Below, piece after piece: positions 10,859 to 20,802 of a DNA stretch of 64,000 nt. The notes below the pieces were generated by a model. It worked only from the letters and a program-made list of their open reading frames with translations. It was not told the DNA's origin and ran no database searches. The position numbers and the translations under genes were made by a program. The first letter of the stretch is position 1, and each line of letters starts with the position of its first letter. Source of the stretch: a virus (lineage: Duplodnaviria > Caudoviricetes); IMG/VR virus record IMGVR_UViG_3300035208_002115; one strand, written 5' to 3'.

Positions 10859-11191
10859 TCATTGATTAAGTTGTATAACAGTATGCAAAGACAAAGAATA
10901 ATTTTTTGTTTCTTTTTTAAAATACTTTATAGATTTACCTAATGCTTCATCTTCAGATACAGCATCAGTGATTAATACTCGTAAAAGAGTATCTATTGAA
11001 CTCCAATACACAAGTGATACACTATATTTTTTATTATCAGTCTCAGACGGAGATATTTTAATCAAAACTTTCTCCAGAGAATCTAATTCTTCTTGTGTTT
11101 CTTTTTCACGCAAGTTAGGTAAACTCAAAGCTAATTTTCTTTGAGCTATTTCACTTTTTAATATTTTTATAGCTTTATTCATTTTTACCAA
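10859..11191 (-). CDS. Hypothetical protein
   Basis: ORF in operon. Confidence 0.55.
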   Translation of the reverse strand: MVKMNKAIKILKSEIAQRKLALSLPNLREKETQEELDSLEKVLIKISPSETDNKKYSVSLVYWSSIDTLLRVLITDAVSEDEALGKSIKYFKKETKNYSLSLHTVIQLNQ

Positions 11192-11937
11192 CTATCAATA
11201 CCATCTTCAGTTTTAAAAACAACCTTATCATCAAACAACCAAAAACTAATTGTTACATTGTCATAATTTTCCTTGAAATTTATTATTGGTTTATCATCAC
11301 CAAAATAATTTATATGATAATGAATAGCTGTTTGAGAAAATATGTTGTTTTCGTGGATGGTCTCTATTGTGACGAATAATTCACTAATCATATACACTGG
11401 TACACCGAATAATTGTTTTAAATGTGTTGCGATTGAACCATAACAATTATCGGTTTCTGACAATTCTTCAACATCTACCTGATAATGTTCTTCTTCAGAA
11501 ACATTATGATTATGTTCTTTATAAAAATTAAATTTTCGGTTGAAGTTTTCCAATTGTTTACTATCAGGTGTTAACAATGTTCTCACATCAGTGTAGAAGA
11601 TTTCTTCAAATTTATATTTACATTTGAGAATACTAAAATCAGTAATTAAGGTGTTTTTACGAACACCGTCTGGGTTTGACAAATGTGTGAATTGTTCAAT
11701 CAATTCACCTTTAATCATTCTAAATCTTTTGGCACACTTCTGAAATATACCATATAAGTAATCACTCTTTTTAGAGTCATACATTTTCTTGTATTTATCA
11801 TCTAATAAAAGAGTGTGTTGAACATCGGCAATATATTGAGTATTGGTCTGACGGGTAATCCTTCTCAACCAGTTCTGTTTGAACCCCTCGTTATGAGTCC
11901 ACTCATCAAATATATATTTTCCGATTAAGTTTGTCAT
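11185..11937 (-). CDS. Hypothetical protein
   Basis: 250 aa ORF. Confidence 0.7.
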   Translation of the reverse strand: MTNLIGKYIFDEWTHNEGFKQNWLRRITRQTNTQYIADVQHTLLLDDKYKKMYDSKKSDYLYGIFQKCAKRFRMIKGELIEQFTHLSNPDGVRKNTLITDFSILKCKYKFEEIFYTDVRTLLTPDSKQLENFNRKFNFYKEHNHNVSEEEHYQVDVEELSETDNCYGSIATHLKQLFGVPVYMISELFVTIETIHENNIFSQTAIHYHINYFGDDKPIINFKENYDNVTISFWLFDDKVVFKTEDGIDSW

Positions 11938-12092
11938 ATTTTTATTCTAATGATAACATCATCTTTTGGAACTGAATTTATTTTACCATTCTTATCAGCA
12001 AACCACACCAGAACTAAACCATCTGACGGACGTGTTTCAACATTAAGAAAATAACCCATGTTTTCATTATTACAATATACTAATTTCATCAT
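11934..12092 (-). CDS. Small hypothetical protein (52 aa, MMKLVYCNNE...), not in the ORF track
   Basis: Fills an operon gap; its TGA overlaps the next ATG (ATGA coupling). Confidence 0.55.
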   Translation of the reverse strand: MMKLVYCNNENMGYFLNVETRPSDGLVLVWFADKNGKINSVPKDDVIIRIKI

Positions 12093-12116
12093 AATCGTCT
12101 AATTTAATTTATATAC

Positions 12117-12461
12117 TCATTTTGTTGGATAACCCATGCAATTGGTTATAGTGCCATCCAAAACTGATTTTGGTATGTCAAAACCCCCAAATAATCGTTT
12201 TATAATATAGTCATAAGATGCACCATAGGTTTGCATATCAGGATTAAACCACTCGTTATTTATCCAAATAAAAACTTCAAGTTTTTTATAAAGAGAAACC
12301 AAAAAGGGGGAATCAGTTACAATATGATAATCTCTGGGAACAGATGATGTGAACATCTGTTGAGTGGTCATACCAGTTTCAGGATAAAACAAAGTATTAT
12401 CTTTATTAATATCTGCTGGTAGAACAGCATCGCTATCTTGACTTTTTATATAACAATTCAT
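12117..12461 (-). CDS. Hypothetical protein
   Basis: ORF; IVTDSPFLVS...TYG resembles C-termini of ABC/AAA-type ATPases. Confidence 0.55.
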   Translation of the reverse strand: MNCYIKSQDSDAVLPADINKDNTLFYPETGMTTQQMFTSSVPRDYHIVTDSPFLVSLYKKLEVFIWINNEWFNPDMQTYGASYDYIIKRLFGGFDIPKSVLDGTITNCMGYPTK

Positions 12462-12462
12462 A

Positions 12463-12831
12463 TTATTTCAATTTTTCAAGAATTTCTCTGGCTTGCTTTC
12501 TTTTAGCACGGATATCAGTCACGTCACCATGATTTAAAACATTTTCAAGTTCAGTGAGTGCTTTAATTAATTCGGGAATATCAGTGGGGTCGATACCCTT
12601 GGTATAAGTTTCATTATATGCTGTACATAAATTTTCAGCAATTGCAACAGTCATTGGTTCTACGAATTCACTATCACCAATATATTTTTTAGTCATTCTT
12701 AGACTGGCAACGTTTTGGCAAGGATATTTAGTCTTAATAAAATACGCTGTTTTAGCATATCCACTATCATCACTCATATCCGCTTTAGTGACCATAAGTC
12801 CTCGTTCGATGATGTGTTTATCTTTTATCAT
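12463..12831 (-). CDS. Hypothetical protein
   Basis: ORF in operon. Confidence 0.6.
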   Translation of the reverse strand: MIKDKHIIERGLMVTKADMSDDSGYAKTAYFIKTKYPCQNVASLRMTKKYIGDSEFVEPMTVAIAENLCTAYNETYTKGIDPTDIPELIKALTELENVLNHGDVTDIRAKRKQAREILEKLK

Positions 12832-12897
12832 AATTATATATCTTTAGTTTATACAACAAATTAACGTAAAAATATATTATAAAAAAAATTACAGAAT

Positions 12898-13404
12898 TTA
12901 TTTCACAACCTCTTTAAAATAATCAATTAATTTTTTAATTATTTCAAATAATTCTTTAACATTCAAATCACATTCACATTCTATTGATGTACCACGATGG
13001 TCATATCCAATGTGAAAATATTTACCATCAATTTGAACTATATAAGAACAATATTCATAATTTCTTTTTCTGTCAAAACCTTCACCAAATTCAGAATGTT
13101 TAATGGGATTTCCGAACATTTTTTTAAGATTCTTTTCATTTAAATACGAAGTGATAAAAAGAATACCAACACATCTTTTATTTGAATCTATTTTACCATT
13201 ATCATCGATTGAAAAGGGGTCATTTTTTAAAAAATCATAACCGACACTTTTTATAAAATACTCACCAATTAAAACATACCAATCTTCACTGTGGTCATTC
13301 ATCCATATATTTTGTGTTGGTGTAAAACGTATTTTACCATAAATATAATCATTAAATAATTTATTCTGCAAATCAACACCAATTACATATTTTAAATTTT
13401 TCAT
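12898..13404 (-). CDS. Hypothetical protein
   Basis: ORF, ATGA coupling. Confidence 0.65.
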   Translation of the reverse strand: MKNLKYVIGVDLQNKLFNDYIYGKIRFTPTQNIWMNDHSEDWYVLIGEYFIKSVGYDFLKNDPFSIDDNGKIDSNKRCVGILFITSYLNEKNLKKMFGNPIKHSEFGEGFDRKRNYEYCSYIVQIDGKYFHIGYDHRGTSIECECDLNVKELFEIIKKLIDYFKEVVK

Positions 13405-13775
13405 ATCCCAAGAATTTGTTTGGCTTCATCGATGGCCTGATTTATCATATTCCATTGTTCAAATGAAATATCGAGTTTACCGTTCACAGAAAATTGTACA
13501 TCCAGATGACGTTTTCTATATTCATCTTGTTTTTTATAATTCCATTTAACAGGATTTTCTTTTTTATAAACTATAATAACCACATTCACTCCCATTGAAA
13601 CTCTAATTTCAACTCGTTCATGTTCCCCAGTGATATGTTTAGCTTTAAATTTTTTAGTGTCGGCTTCTGACATGTTTGAAACATAAGTTCCATCTATACC
13701 GCTATCCGAAGAATACATTTCATTATGTTTCTCAGTAGAACGGATTTTTTGGGGTTTTTCAAAATCTAAAATCAT
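13401..13775 (-). CDS. Hypothetical phage protein
   Basis: ORF in operon. Confidence 0.65.
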   Translation of the reverse strand: MILDFEKPQKIRSTEKHNEMYSSDSGIDGTYVSNMSEADTKKFKAKHITGEHERVEIRVSMGVNVVIIVYKKENPVKWNYKKQDEYRKRHLDVQFSVNGKLDISFEQWNMINQAIDEAKQILGI

Positions 13776-13785
13776 ATTTTATTTA

Positions 13786-14307
13786 TTATAAATCAAAACA
13801 ATCGTTAAAAATTTCTTTTAATTTCATCGCTCTTTGTTTAGCTTCAGGTGCTTTTTCAAATGCTCGAAGAAATTTAGCATCTGTCCATTTAGAAGTTTCA
13901 ATAATTTTAACTTCACCAGTCTCTTTATCCGTGCGTTTTATTTTAGCTTTCATCCACATTCTTGGATAATAATTACCTGAATAACATGCTTCCCAAATCA
14001 TTCCATTATGAAAAACCAACGCAATAGCGGAATAACCACCAACAGGTGTTTCATATTTAATATCTTTATCAGTAGTTATATAACAAACTCCTTCATATAT
14101 CCATTCAAAATGTCTGGAAATAAAAAATTTATTTTGAACTGAATTCCAATCATTCTTTTTCAGAGGTTTAAAATTTATGACGGATTCGTAATTAGAATCA
14201 TAATCAATCATTTCAACGTCATCAGGAGTCACTTTATAAATTTTCTTACTGGTTGTAATAATTTTATAAGAAAATGTACCGTCTGTTCTGTAATGAATAT
14301 TGCTCAT
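13786..14307 (-). CDS. Hypothetical protein with C-terminal RAMKLKEIF tag
   Basis: ORF, variant of the shared C-terminal motif. Confidence 0.65.
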   Translation of the reverse strand: MSNIHYRTDGTFSYKIITTSKKIYKVTPDDVEMIDYDSNYESVINFKPLKKNDWNSVQNKFFISRHFEWIYEGVCYITTDKDIKYETPVGGYSAIALVFHNGMIWEACYSGNYYPRMWMKAKIKRTDKETGEVKIIETSKWTDAKFLRAFEKAPEAKQRAMKLKEIFNDCFDL

Positions 14308-14345
14308 ATTTTTTATTTATATTAAAAATTCGCCCTTTCAATTCA

Positions 14346-14543
14346 TTAATTACAAGGTTGAACAATCCATCTTTCATCGAAATCAAACCAAGCACCACCA
14401 CATCGTATTTTTTTATTTTTTACATCTAAAGTTGCTGTATCTCCAACCTTACAATATCTTTCTGTTATTGGTGTTTGCAAAACGGTAACAAGTTTAGAAG
14501 CTAACGTATTTACATTATTATCGGTAATTGAATTATTTTTCAT
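14346..14543 (-). CDS. Hypothetical protein
   Basis: ORF in operon. Confidence 0.5.
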   Translation of the reverse strand: MKNNSITDNNVNTLASKLVTVLQTPITERYCKVGDTATLDVKNKKIRCGGAWFDFDERWIVQPCN

Positions 14544-14566
14544 TTTATTAAATATTTGATAACAAT

Positions 14567-15082
14567 TTAAAATCCTCCCTTATCGCACTTCTCAAATTTA
14601 ACCACCAAATGAAACCACTTTTCGGCTTCAAACTTTCTGCGTTTTTTCTTAGTCATTTCATCAATAAACTTAATACGCATATGATTCGCTGTAATATATT
14701 TTATTTTTTCAGCATTTCCACCCATTTTTTCAATCCAGTCTTTATGTTTTTCGATATAATCCATTGAAAAACTTTCGTGTCCAAATGCAATCCAGATTTC
14801 TTTTTTCTCATCCCATTTAGTTGTATCAAATTTACCAAGGTCATGAAACAAACCAGACAGGGTAATATCTATATTATGAAAATTGTTATGTAGTCGATTA
14901 GTAACTATTTTGGAATGTATAAATACATTTCCTTCAGGATGCCATTGCGGATTTTGTTCGACACTTTTTTGTTTGAAAATATCCTTCTTCAATTCATCCG
15001 TAGCCAGATTAAACAGAAAATCAAAAACGTTTTCCATTTTTCGAGTTTTACTCCAGAATAATATTTTCTTTAAAAATCTCAT
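14567..15082 (-). CDS. HD-domain phosphohydrolase (like the HD domain of CCA-adding enzymes)
   Basis: QNPQWHPEGNVFIHS, LFHDLGK, GHE, HM, D motifs. Confidence 0.8.
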   Translation of the reverse strand: MRFLKKILFWSKTRKMENVFDFLFNLATDELKKDIFKQKSVEQNPQWHPEGNVFIHSKIVTNRLHNNFHNIDITLSGLFHDLGKFDTTKWDEKKEIWIAFGHESFSMDYIEKHKDWIEKMGGNAEKIKYITANHMRIKFIDEMTKKKRRKFEAEKWFHLVVKFEKCDKGGF

Positions 15083-15083
15083 A

Positions 15084-15449
15084 TTATTTTCTTAATGTAA
15101 CAACAAACCATTTCTTTTTAGCAATCTTTAATAAAAACAAATCATTAAATAATAACCTAATAAATGGTATTTCAACTTCGAACAATTCTTCTAAATTTAA
15201 AAAAGAAACTGGTCTTACCTTTTCTATATTTTTAAAAACAAAATCACCAGCCTCATCAAACGAATCAATGCTCATTTTCAAATGTTCAAATGTCATCGGT
15301 TCACCATTCAAAGATAATTGTTTATTATTAATTTTTTGTTTTACGTCTTTAGAAAACAACTCATTCTTTCGCAATAGGTCAGAAATAGTTGTTTCTTCGA
15401 CAACTTCTGTCACCTTTAGATTAAGAATATTTTTATTTTCTAACTCCAT
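15084..15449 (-). CDS. S4-like RNA-binding protein resembling the TyrRS C-terminal domain (tentative)
   Basis: SKDVKQKINNKQLSLNGE...LLKIAKKKWFVV pattern. Confidence 0.45.
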   Translation of the reverse strand: MELENKNILNLKVTEVVEETTISDLLRKNELFSKDVKQKINNKQLSLNGEPMTFEHLKMSIDSFDEAGDFVFKNIEKVRPVSFLNLEELFEVEIPFIRLLFNDLFLLKIAKKKWFVVTLRK

Positions 15450-15465
15450 ACTACAATATTTTCAA

Positions 15466-15484
15466 CAAAAATAATTAATATATA
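15466..15484. promoter_or_regulatory. Divergent promoters: TATTTTTG (minus, 15466-15473) and TAATATATA (plus, 15476-15484)
   Basis: Motifs at a strand switch. Confidence 0.5.
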
Positions 15485-15513
15485 TTTTATAAAAAAATTA
15501 TAACACAATATTC

Positions 15514-16068
15514 GTGAAATATATTAGATTATATGAGAGTTTTATATCGGGAATTTTTTATCATGGTTCGACTGATAAAAATTTATCAGGAAAAAAAGGT
15601 ATTCATGTGGGAACTAAATTAGCAGCAACACAAGCTTTAGAAGCAAGAATAGGTGTTCCAGCAGTTGGTGAATGGGATGGTACAAGAGAATATGGTAAAA
15701 CATTACTTGCAGGTAAACACTCACTTGAAACAAAACCAGAAAATAAATGGAAATGTACAGGTTTTAATTGTGGCAAGAATATACCAGAAGATGATTATTA
15801 TCCCACACAACGAAATGAAAGAGCTGAATATAGTGATAGAACCCCCATATCATTTGATTGTAAACCAATAATATTTCCTGTCAAAATAATAGGGAAAATG
15901 ACAAATACACCATATAACTGTCATTCTGATGTAAAGGCAAATAGTCTAATGTTAAGAAATTTAAAAATGAATAACGCTAAAAGTGGTTATTATTATATTA
16001 ATGATGGTGAAGATAGTGGTTCTGTTTCGGCAGTTGTTCCAGATAAAACTTTTTTAGAAATATTATGA
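15514..16068 (+). CDS. Leader-bearing protein (MKYIRLYESF) with ADP-ribosyltransferase-like domain
   Basis: FYHGS...GIHVGT...YINDGED. Confidence 0.6.
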   Translation: MKYIRLYESFISGIFYHGSTDKNLSGKKGIHVGTKLAATQALEARIGVPAVGEWDGTREYGKTLLAGKHSLETKPENKWKCTGFNCGKNIPEDDYYPTQRNERAEYSDRTPISFDCKPIIFPVKIIGKMTNTPYNCHSDVKANSLMLRNLKMNNAKSGYYYINDGEDSGSVSAVVPDKTFLEIL

Positions 16069-16622
16069 AGTATTTAAAATTATATGAAAATTTCAAAGAT
16101 GTTATCACTAAATGTGATGGTTGTAAATATTTTGATATGAATAATATAGGAAATATTTATGCAGCATATGAAAATCCAATTTATTCATTAGTTTATAAAA
16201 GAAAAATTGAAGAATTAATATTTATGAAACCAAAACAATATATTTACACCATCGCTCAAAATTTTGGTGGATTATCTTATGACGATGCCATATCACATGT
16301 CAGTGATGAAAAAGTTGATAAATATGTTGAAGCTATGAAAAATGGTGCAAAATTTCCTGTCGGTAATTATCAAGAAAAATCTTCATTACAAGAAGGTAGA
16401 CATCGTGCAATAGCAATGATTAAATTGGGTTGTGAAACTATGCCCATTATAAAAATAACGATGGATGTACCTAATGATTATATAAATGAAATTGTTAGTG
16501 AAATAAAAGATATGAGTAGAGAAGAACTTAATCAATATTATATAAACAAAGGTTATCAAGGAATCACAAATTTAGACTGGAGTGAATTACATTCATATAT
16601 AAAATATAAATATCAAGAATGA
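16065..16622 (+). CDS. Leader-bearing protein (MKYLKLYENF) with ParB/Srx-like domain
   Basis: KVDKYVEAMKNGAKFP...QEGRHRAIA. Confidence 0.6.
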   Translation: MKYLKLYENFKDVITKCDGCKYFDMNNIGNIYAAYENPIYSLVYKRKIEELIFMKPKQYIYTIAQNFGGLSYDDAISHVSDEKVDKYVEAMKNGAKFPVGNYQEKSSLQEGRHRAIAMIKLGCETMPIIKITMDVPNDYINEIVSEIKDMSREELNQYYINKGYQGITNLDWSELHSYIKYKYQE

Positions 16623-17011
16623 AATATTTAAAATTATTTGAAAATTTTACAGATATTATAACATTATATCATGGAACATGTTTAGATAATGCTAAAGAAT
16701 TAGTTAAAAATGGTTGGAAACCTTTTAGTGGTATAGTCGGTGGTAATATGGGACAAAATAATTATTTATACGTAACATCCGAAATAGAAGATGCTTTATG
16801 GTTTGCCGAAGAAAAAGGTTGTAATACAATAATTGAAATAAAAAATATACCTATTAATTATTTAAAATTTGACCCAGAAGATGGTGATGCAGATTTATAT
16901 AATTATAATATTAATGTGGCAATTAATAAATTAAAAAATGGTTATGAATCACCAATAAAATTTGTTATAATACACGAACTTAGTGCTGATAAATTTAAAA
17001 TTATACAATGA
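16619..17011 (+). CDS. Leader-bearing protein (MKYLKLFENF) with ART-like domain
   Basis: LYHGT...NGW...YLYVTS...ALWFA. Confidence 0.6.
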   Translation: MKYLKLFENFTDIITLYHGTCLDNAKELVKNGWKPFSGIVGGNMGQNNYLYVTSEIEDALWFAEEKGCNTIIEIKNIPINYLKFDPEDGDADLYNYNINVAINKLKNGYESPIKFVIIHELSADKFKIIQ

Positions 17012-17553
17012 AATATTTAAAATTATACGAAGAATTTAATGAAGATGAAGAAAAATATAAAACCGTTGAACTTGGTAGTGTCACTAATGAAAATGGTTGG
17101 AGAATTCATAAATTAAATTCATATGAGGAATTAAAATTTATTTTAGATAATTTTTATCAAGGTAAAAAATGGATTCATAATGAAAATGGTTTTGATATTT
17201 ATTATTGGGAAAACACAGACTGGGATAAAGATGAAAATGAACCATTCTGGTATAAAAAAATGGTAATATCTATTAATCCCAGAGAATTTATAATAAAGAC
17301 TAAAACATTGGAAGAAAAACCATTATATTCTATTAGAGACGAAAAAAATGGAATGACCAGAGAACAAGAATTAAAATTGCGTACTTGGATAGGTACTTCT
17401 AAAAACCCAAAAAGTGGTGAATTAAAAGGTGGTTATTTTGGAATGAAAAATGGGTTTGCCTTGATGAGAAGTCCTTTATCTGGTACAGTTTATAAAATAG
17501 ATAAAGATGGTGAAATGTTCAATAATAGTACGGGTGAAAAATTAGGAGAATAA
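17008..17553 (+). CDS. Leader-bearing protein (MKYLKLYEEF), unknown payload
   Basis: ORF, shared leader. Confidence 0.65.
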   Translation: MKYLKLYEEFNEDEEKYKTVELGSVTNENGWRIHKLNSYEELKFILDNFYQGKKWIHNENGFDIYYWENTDWDKDENEPFWYKKMVISINPREFIIKTKTLEEKPLYSIRDEKNGMTREQELKLRTWIGTSKNPKSGELKGGYFGMKNGFALMRSPLSGTVYKIDKDGEMFNNSTGEKLGE

Positions 17554-17554
17554 T

Positions 17555-18052
17555 ATGAGAATTATTAAAACATTCGAGAATTTTAATGAAAAAAATATTA
17601 ATGAATATATAGCATATCATTCAACCAACCATACAATAAAAGAATTTAATTTTGATGATATTGATATCGGTGCTGGGTCATCAACAAGAATAGATGGTAT
17701 TTTTTTTAGTAATATTCCACAAAAATCATGGGGTGAATATACATATAAAGTAAAAATTATTTCTGAAAACCCAGCAATTTTTAATTTAAATAAGAGTCGA
17801 TTAGATAGTCTGGGTGTACAAGAACTCTTTGATGCATTTTTAAGAGGTGAGACATCATACATGTTAGAAGATTTAATTGATAATGGTGGTATGGAAGAAG
17901 ATGTAGCAGAACAATTAATAGACCAATGGGAAAAATTAGATTTAATTGTAATTACACATCAAATATATGCTAAACATGATATTGAATATATAGTACCAGC
18001 CCCATATTATAATAGTAAAAGTGCTGAAATAATTAATTTAGGATTAATATGA
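17555..18052 (+). CDS. Leader-bearing protein (MRIIKTFENF) with ART-like domain
   Basis: AYHST...FNF...GIFFS...WG...EYIV. Confidence 0.6.
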   Translation: MRIIKTFENFNEKNINEYIAYHSTNHTIKEFNFDDIDIGAGSSTRIDGIFFSNIPQKSWGEYTYKVKIISENPAIFNLNKSRLDSLGVQELFDAFLRGETSYMLEDLIDNGGMEEDVAEQLIDQWEKLDLIVITHQIYAKHDIEYIVPAPYYNSKSAEIINLGLI

Positions 18053-18621
18053 AAAAAATAAAAACATTTGAAAATTTTTTATTAAAAGAATATAATAACA
18101 CTGATTCATTTCTCTCTGACTATGAAAGTGCTAAAAAATATGCTTATGATAACATAGATGGTGTTTCAGATGCATTTGATGATTATAAAGAAGACCCAGA
18201 TAACATACAGGCATCTTATAGTAGAGATAATTATATAGAAAGAATCGATATGTATGTTGATAAATACAATAAATTAAAAAACGAATATAATATAACAATT
18301 TATCGTTTAATAAAATTAAATTCCATTGATGATTTAGATTTAACAAATATTGGAAAACACTGGAGTTTTGAACAAGATGGTGTTGGAGCTTATGGAGAAC
18401 AACATCCAAATAGGGATATGATGTCAACGGGTAAACCATTTATTTTAGAGGCAGAAGTAAGTCCTAAAAATATAGACTGGGTGTATGGATTTAATTCATT
18501 TATATGGTACGGAGAAGACCAATGGGAATGTGCATTAAATAAAGGAACAAAAGTCACTATAAATAAAATAAATGATGATGAACTGAAAACACCCATTATT
18601 GCGTTAGTGGGTGAACATTAA
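18049..18621 (+). CDS. Leader-bearing protein (MKKIKTFENF) with R-S-E-type ART-like domain
   Basis: IYRLI...HWS...EDQWE. Confidence 0.55.
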   Translation: MKKIKTFENFLLKEYNNTDSFLSDYESAKKYAYDNIDGVSDAFDDYKEDPDNIQASYSRDNYIERIDMYVDKYNKLKNEYNITIYRLIKLNSIDDLDLTNIGKHWSFEQDGVGAYGEQHPNRDMMSTGKPFILEAEVSPKNIDWVYGFNSFIWYGEDQWECALNKGTKVTINKINDDELKTPIIALVGEH

Positions 18622-18634
18622 AAAATATTTAATT

Positions 18635-19054
18635 ATGAAACATCTAAAATTATTTGAAGAATTTAATGATAAGCGAATAATCGGTTATCATGTAACCAAT
18701 CAATCCAATTTAAAAAGAATTTTAAAAACTGGATTAGAACCACGAGTTCCCGAAGATTTTGGTGAAAAGGGTGATGTAAAAGGGGTTTATTTATTTAAAA
18801 CAGCATCGGACACTGATAATGCACTGAGTAATTGGTTTGGTGAAAGAATAGAAGAATGGGAAGAAGAACATGATAAAGAATTTAAAGAGTGTATTTTAGT
18901 TGTTGATTTAACTGGTTTAGATTTATATAATTCTGTTGAATTTGAATGGACTTGTTTAGAACATATATCACCAGATAGAATAATTCAAGTAATTAAAAAT
19001 AATGAACAAGTCTTAGGTATATGGGATGAATTATCTAAAAAATATGACTATTAA
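18635..19054 (+). CDS. Leader-bearing protein (MKHLKLFEEF) with ART-like domain
   Basis: Start reassigned to the ATG at 18635; GYHVT...ILKTGLEP...GVYLF...EW...HISP. Confidence 0.6.
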   Translation: MKHLKLFEEFNDKRIIGYHVTNQSNLKRILKTGLEPRVPEDFGEKGDVKGVYLFKTASDTDNALSNWFGERIEEWEEEHDKEFKECILVVDLTGLDLYNSVEFEWTCLEHISPDRIIQVIKNNEQVLGIWDELSKKYDY

Positions 19055-19086
19055 ATTAATATATAACTAAAAATAAATACAATAAT

Positions 19087-19329
19087 ATGAACGAATTTAA
19101 AACATTCAAAAATTATATCAAAGAAAATAATGTCGAAAGTGAAGTCAAAAATACCCAAGATGATTTATTTGATGAAATAATAGAAGAAGCTGACATCGCT
19201 TTTTGGAATGTTATAACTAAAAGTTTTCCTGAAATAACTACTGGTGATTTTCCAATTGATGCACATGTAGAATTCCAAGTTGCCCAAGAAAAAGCAGTTA
19301 AAACATGGATAGATTTTAATAAGAAATAA
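19087..19329 (+). CDS. Leader-bearing small protein (MNEFKTFKNYIKE)
   Basis: ORF, upstream TAATATATA at 19057-19065. Confidence 0.65.
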   Translation: MNEFKTFKNYIKENNVESEVKNTQDDLFDEIIEEADIAFWNVITKSFPEITTGDFPIDAHVEFQVAQEKAVKTWIDFNKK

Positions 19330-19332
19330 TTT

Positions 19333-20688
19333 TTATTTATCGAATATACTTTGTGATAATTCAGCAAACAATTCAACAGTTTGCCTACCACGACCCATAC
19401 CACTTCTTGATATATATACAAATTTTTTACCTGTACCATAATATCCGTGTGAATTATGACTCAGCTCATATTTAATTCCTTCATCATTTATAAAACCATA
19501 ATGTTCAGAAGTTTTAATCAAATGAGTAGTCTGATTTAAATAAACAATTTCTTTATTTAAAATTCCATATGGAATTTCGGAAAGTGGTTTATTATCATAA
19601 TCAAAAGATGAACCATCCATCGGAAATACAACACACACAAATCGAACCTTTTCCTTTTTAATAATCATTCTATTTTTTAACTCATTATCAATTACCCAAT
19701 ATTTTTGGTTACCAGTGATTTTAATGAGTGATTTATCCTTTTTAAGTTTTGTCACTAAATCTTTACACTCTTGAACTTTCTCAGCATAAGTTTTTTCTAC
19801 TTCACCACCCATCATGGAAATAAAAGTTTTTGAATAAAAATCCATGATTGTATTAACAACGTCTATACTTTTTGCTGATGTACTTGTACCAACTTTATGA
19901 TATTTTTCGATAAGAGGATTTAATAAATTTATTTCTTTCAATAAGGATATAAATTTATCAGCATCAAATTTATTTTTTTGTGATAAACGCTGATTATACA
20001 CAAAAGCACCGAACATTGTATTTACCATATAACCAGCATCATTAACATCCTGAATAAATTTAATATCAGAAACAAAAAATTCATTTATAATACGATTTTT
20101 AACGGTATTTATTTTCTTATTTCTGGTATTTCCAAAACTTCCACCATAATCGTTTTTAATTTTATCACTGGATAAATAAGCATCGAAAGCCTCTTTATAC
20201 TTGAAAATATCCAAATGAAAAACTGATTTTAATAATAAAGAAAATCCACGTTCAAGATAAGCACCACCACCATAAAATTTGAAATGATTAAGGTGAATCA
20301 TAAGAGTTAATATATTTTCACTTGTTAAATTTTTTTCTTGATATATTCGAACTAATACATCATGGTCTGGTGCGTTATACCATAATAATCTACGGAAACC
20401 ATCTAAAAGAATATATTCTTCTGTTTCTTTTTGTAACAGAAAAAAATTCTGGTATTCATATATTTCTATTGGTGGATTAGATTCAATCTGTTCTTGTTCT
20501 TTTTTTTCTGATGAATACATCGAACGAGTCGAATTTTTATCATCATTATAATCATCAATATTAATACCTGCTGATGAATATGATTTTCTAAGATAATCAG
20601 ATAATTCTTTAGCATTAATTAAAATTAATACATAATCAACACCAACCAGTTTATCTTTGAATTTACCAATTATATTTTTCTGTATCAT
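19333..20688 (-). CDS. ParB-like N-terminal domain protein (probable start MIQKN at 20688)
   Basis: PPI...YILLDGFRRL motif. Confidence 0.6.
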   Translation of the reverse strand: MIQKNIIGKFKDKLVGVDYVLILINAKELSDYLRKSYSSAGINIDDYNDDKNSTRSMYSSEKKEQEQIESNPPIEIYEYQNFFLLQKETEEYILLDGFRRLLWYNAPDHDVLVRIYQEKNLTSENILTLMIHLNHFKFYGGGAYLERGFSLLLKSVFHLDIFKYKEAFDAYLSSDKIKNDYGGSFGNTRNKKINTVKNRIINEFFVSDIKFIQDVNDAGYMVNTMFGAFVYNQRLSQKNKFDADKFISLLKEINLLNPLIEKYHKVGTSTSAKSIDVVNTIMDFYSKTFISMMGGEVEKTYAEKVQECKDLVTKLKKDKSLIKITGNQKYWVIDNELKNRMIIKKEKVRFVCVVFPMDGSSFDYDNKPLSEIPYGILNKEIVYLNQTTHLIKTSEHYGFINDEGIKYELSHNSHGYYGTGKKFVYISRSGMGRGRQTVELFAELSQSIFDK

Positions 20689-20733
20689 ATTAAGTTTATT
20701 ATGTTGTACCAAATTAAGTTTATTATGTTGTAC
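20689..20733. repeat. Direct repeat ATTAAGTTTATTATGTTGTAC x2 (period 24)
   Basis: Copies at 20689-20709 and 20713-20733. Confidence 0.85.
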
Positions 20734-20802
20734 TATATTTAGCTTTTTATGCTGTAAAAATATAATTATTTAAGATATAAAAAAAATTAGATATAATAAA
20801 TA

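Noticed and set aside
12109-12120. Other ATG-xx-TAA minigenes (MSI* here on the minus strand, MKI* at 37191)
   Set aside because: Readthrough meets another stop within a short distance, and such patterns are expected by chance in AT-rich DNA.
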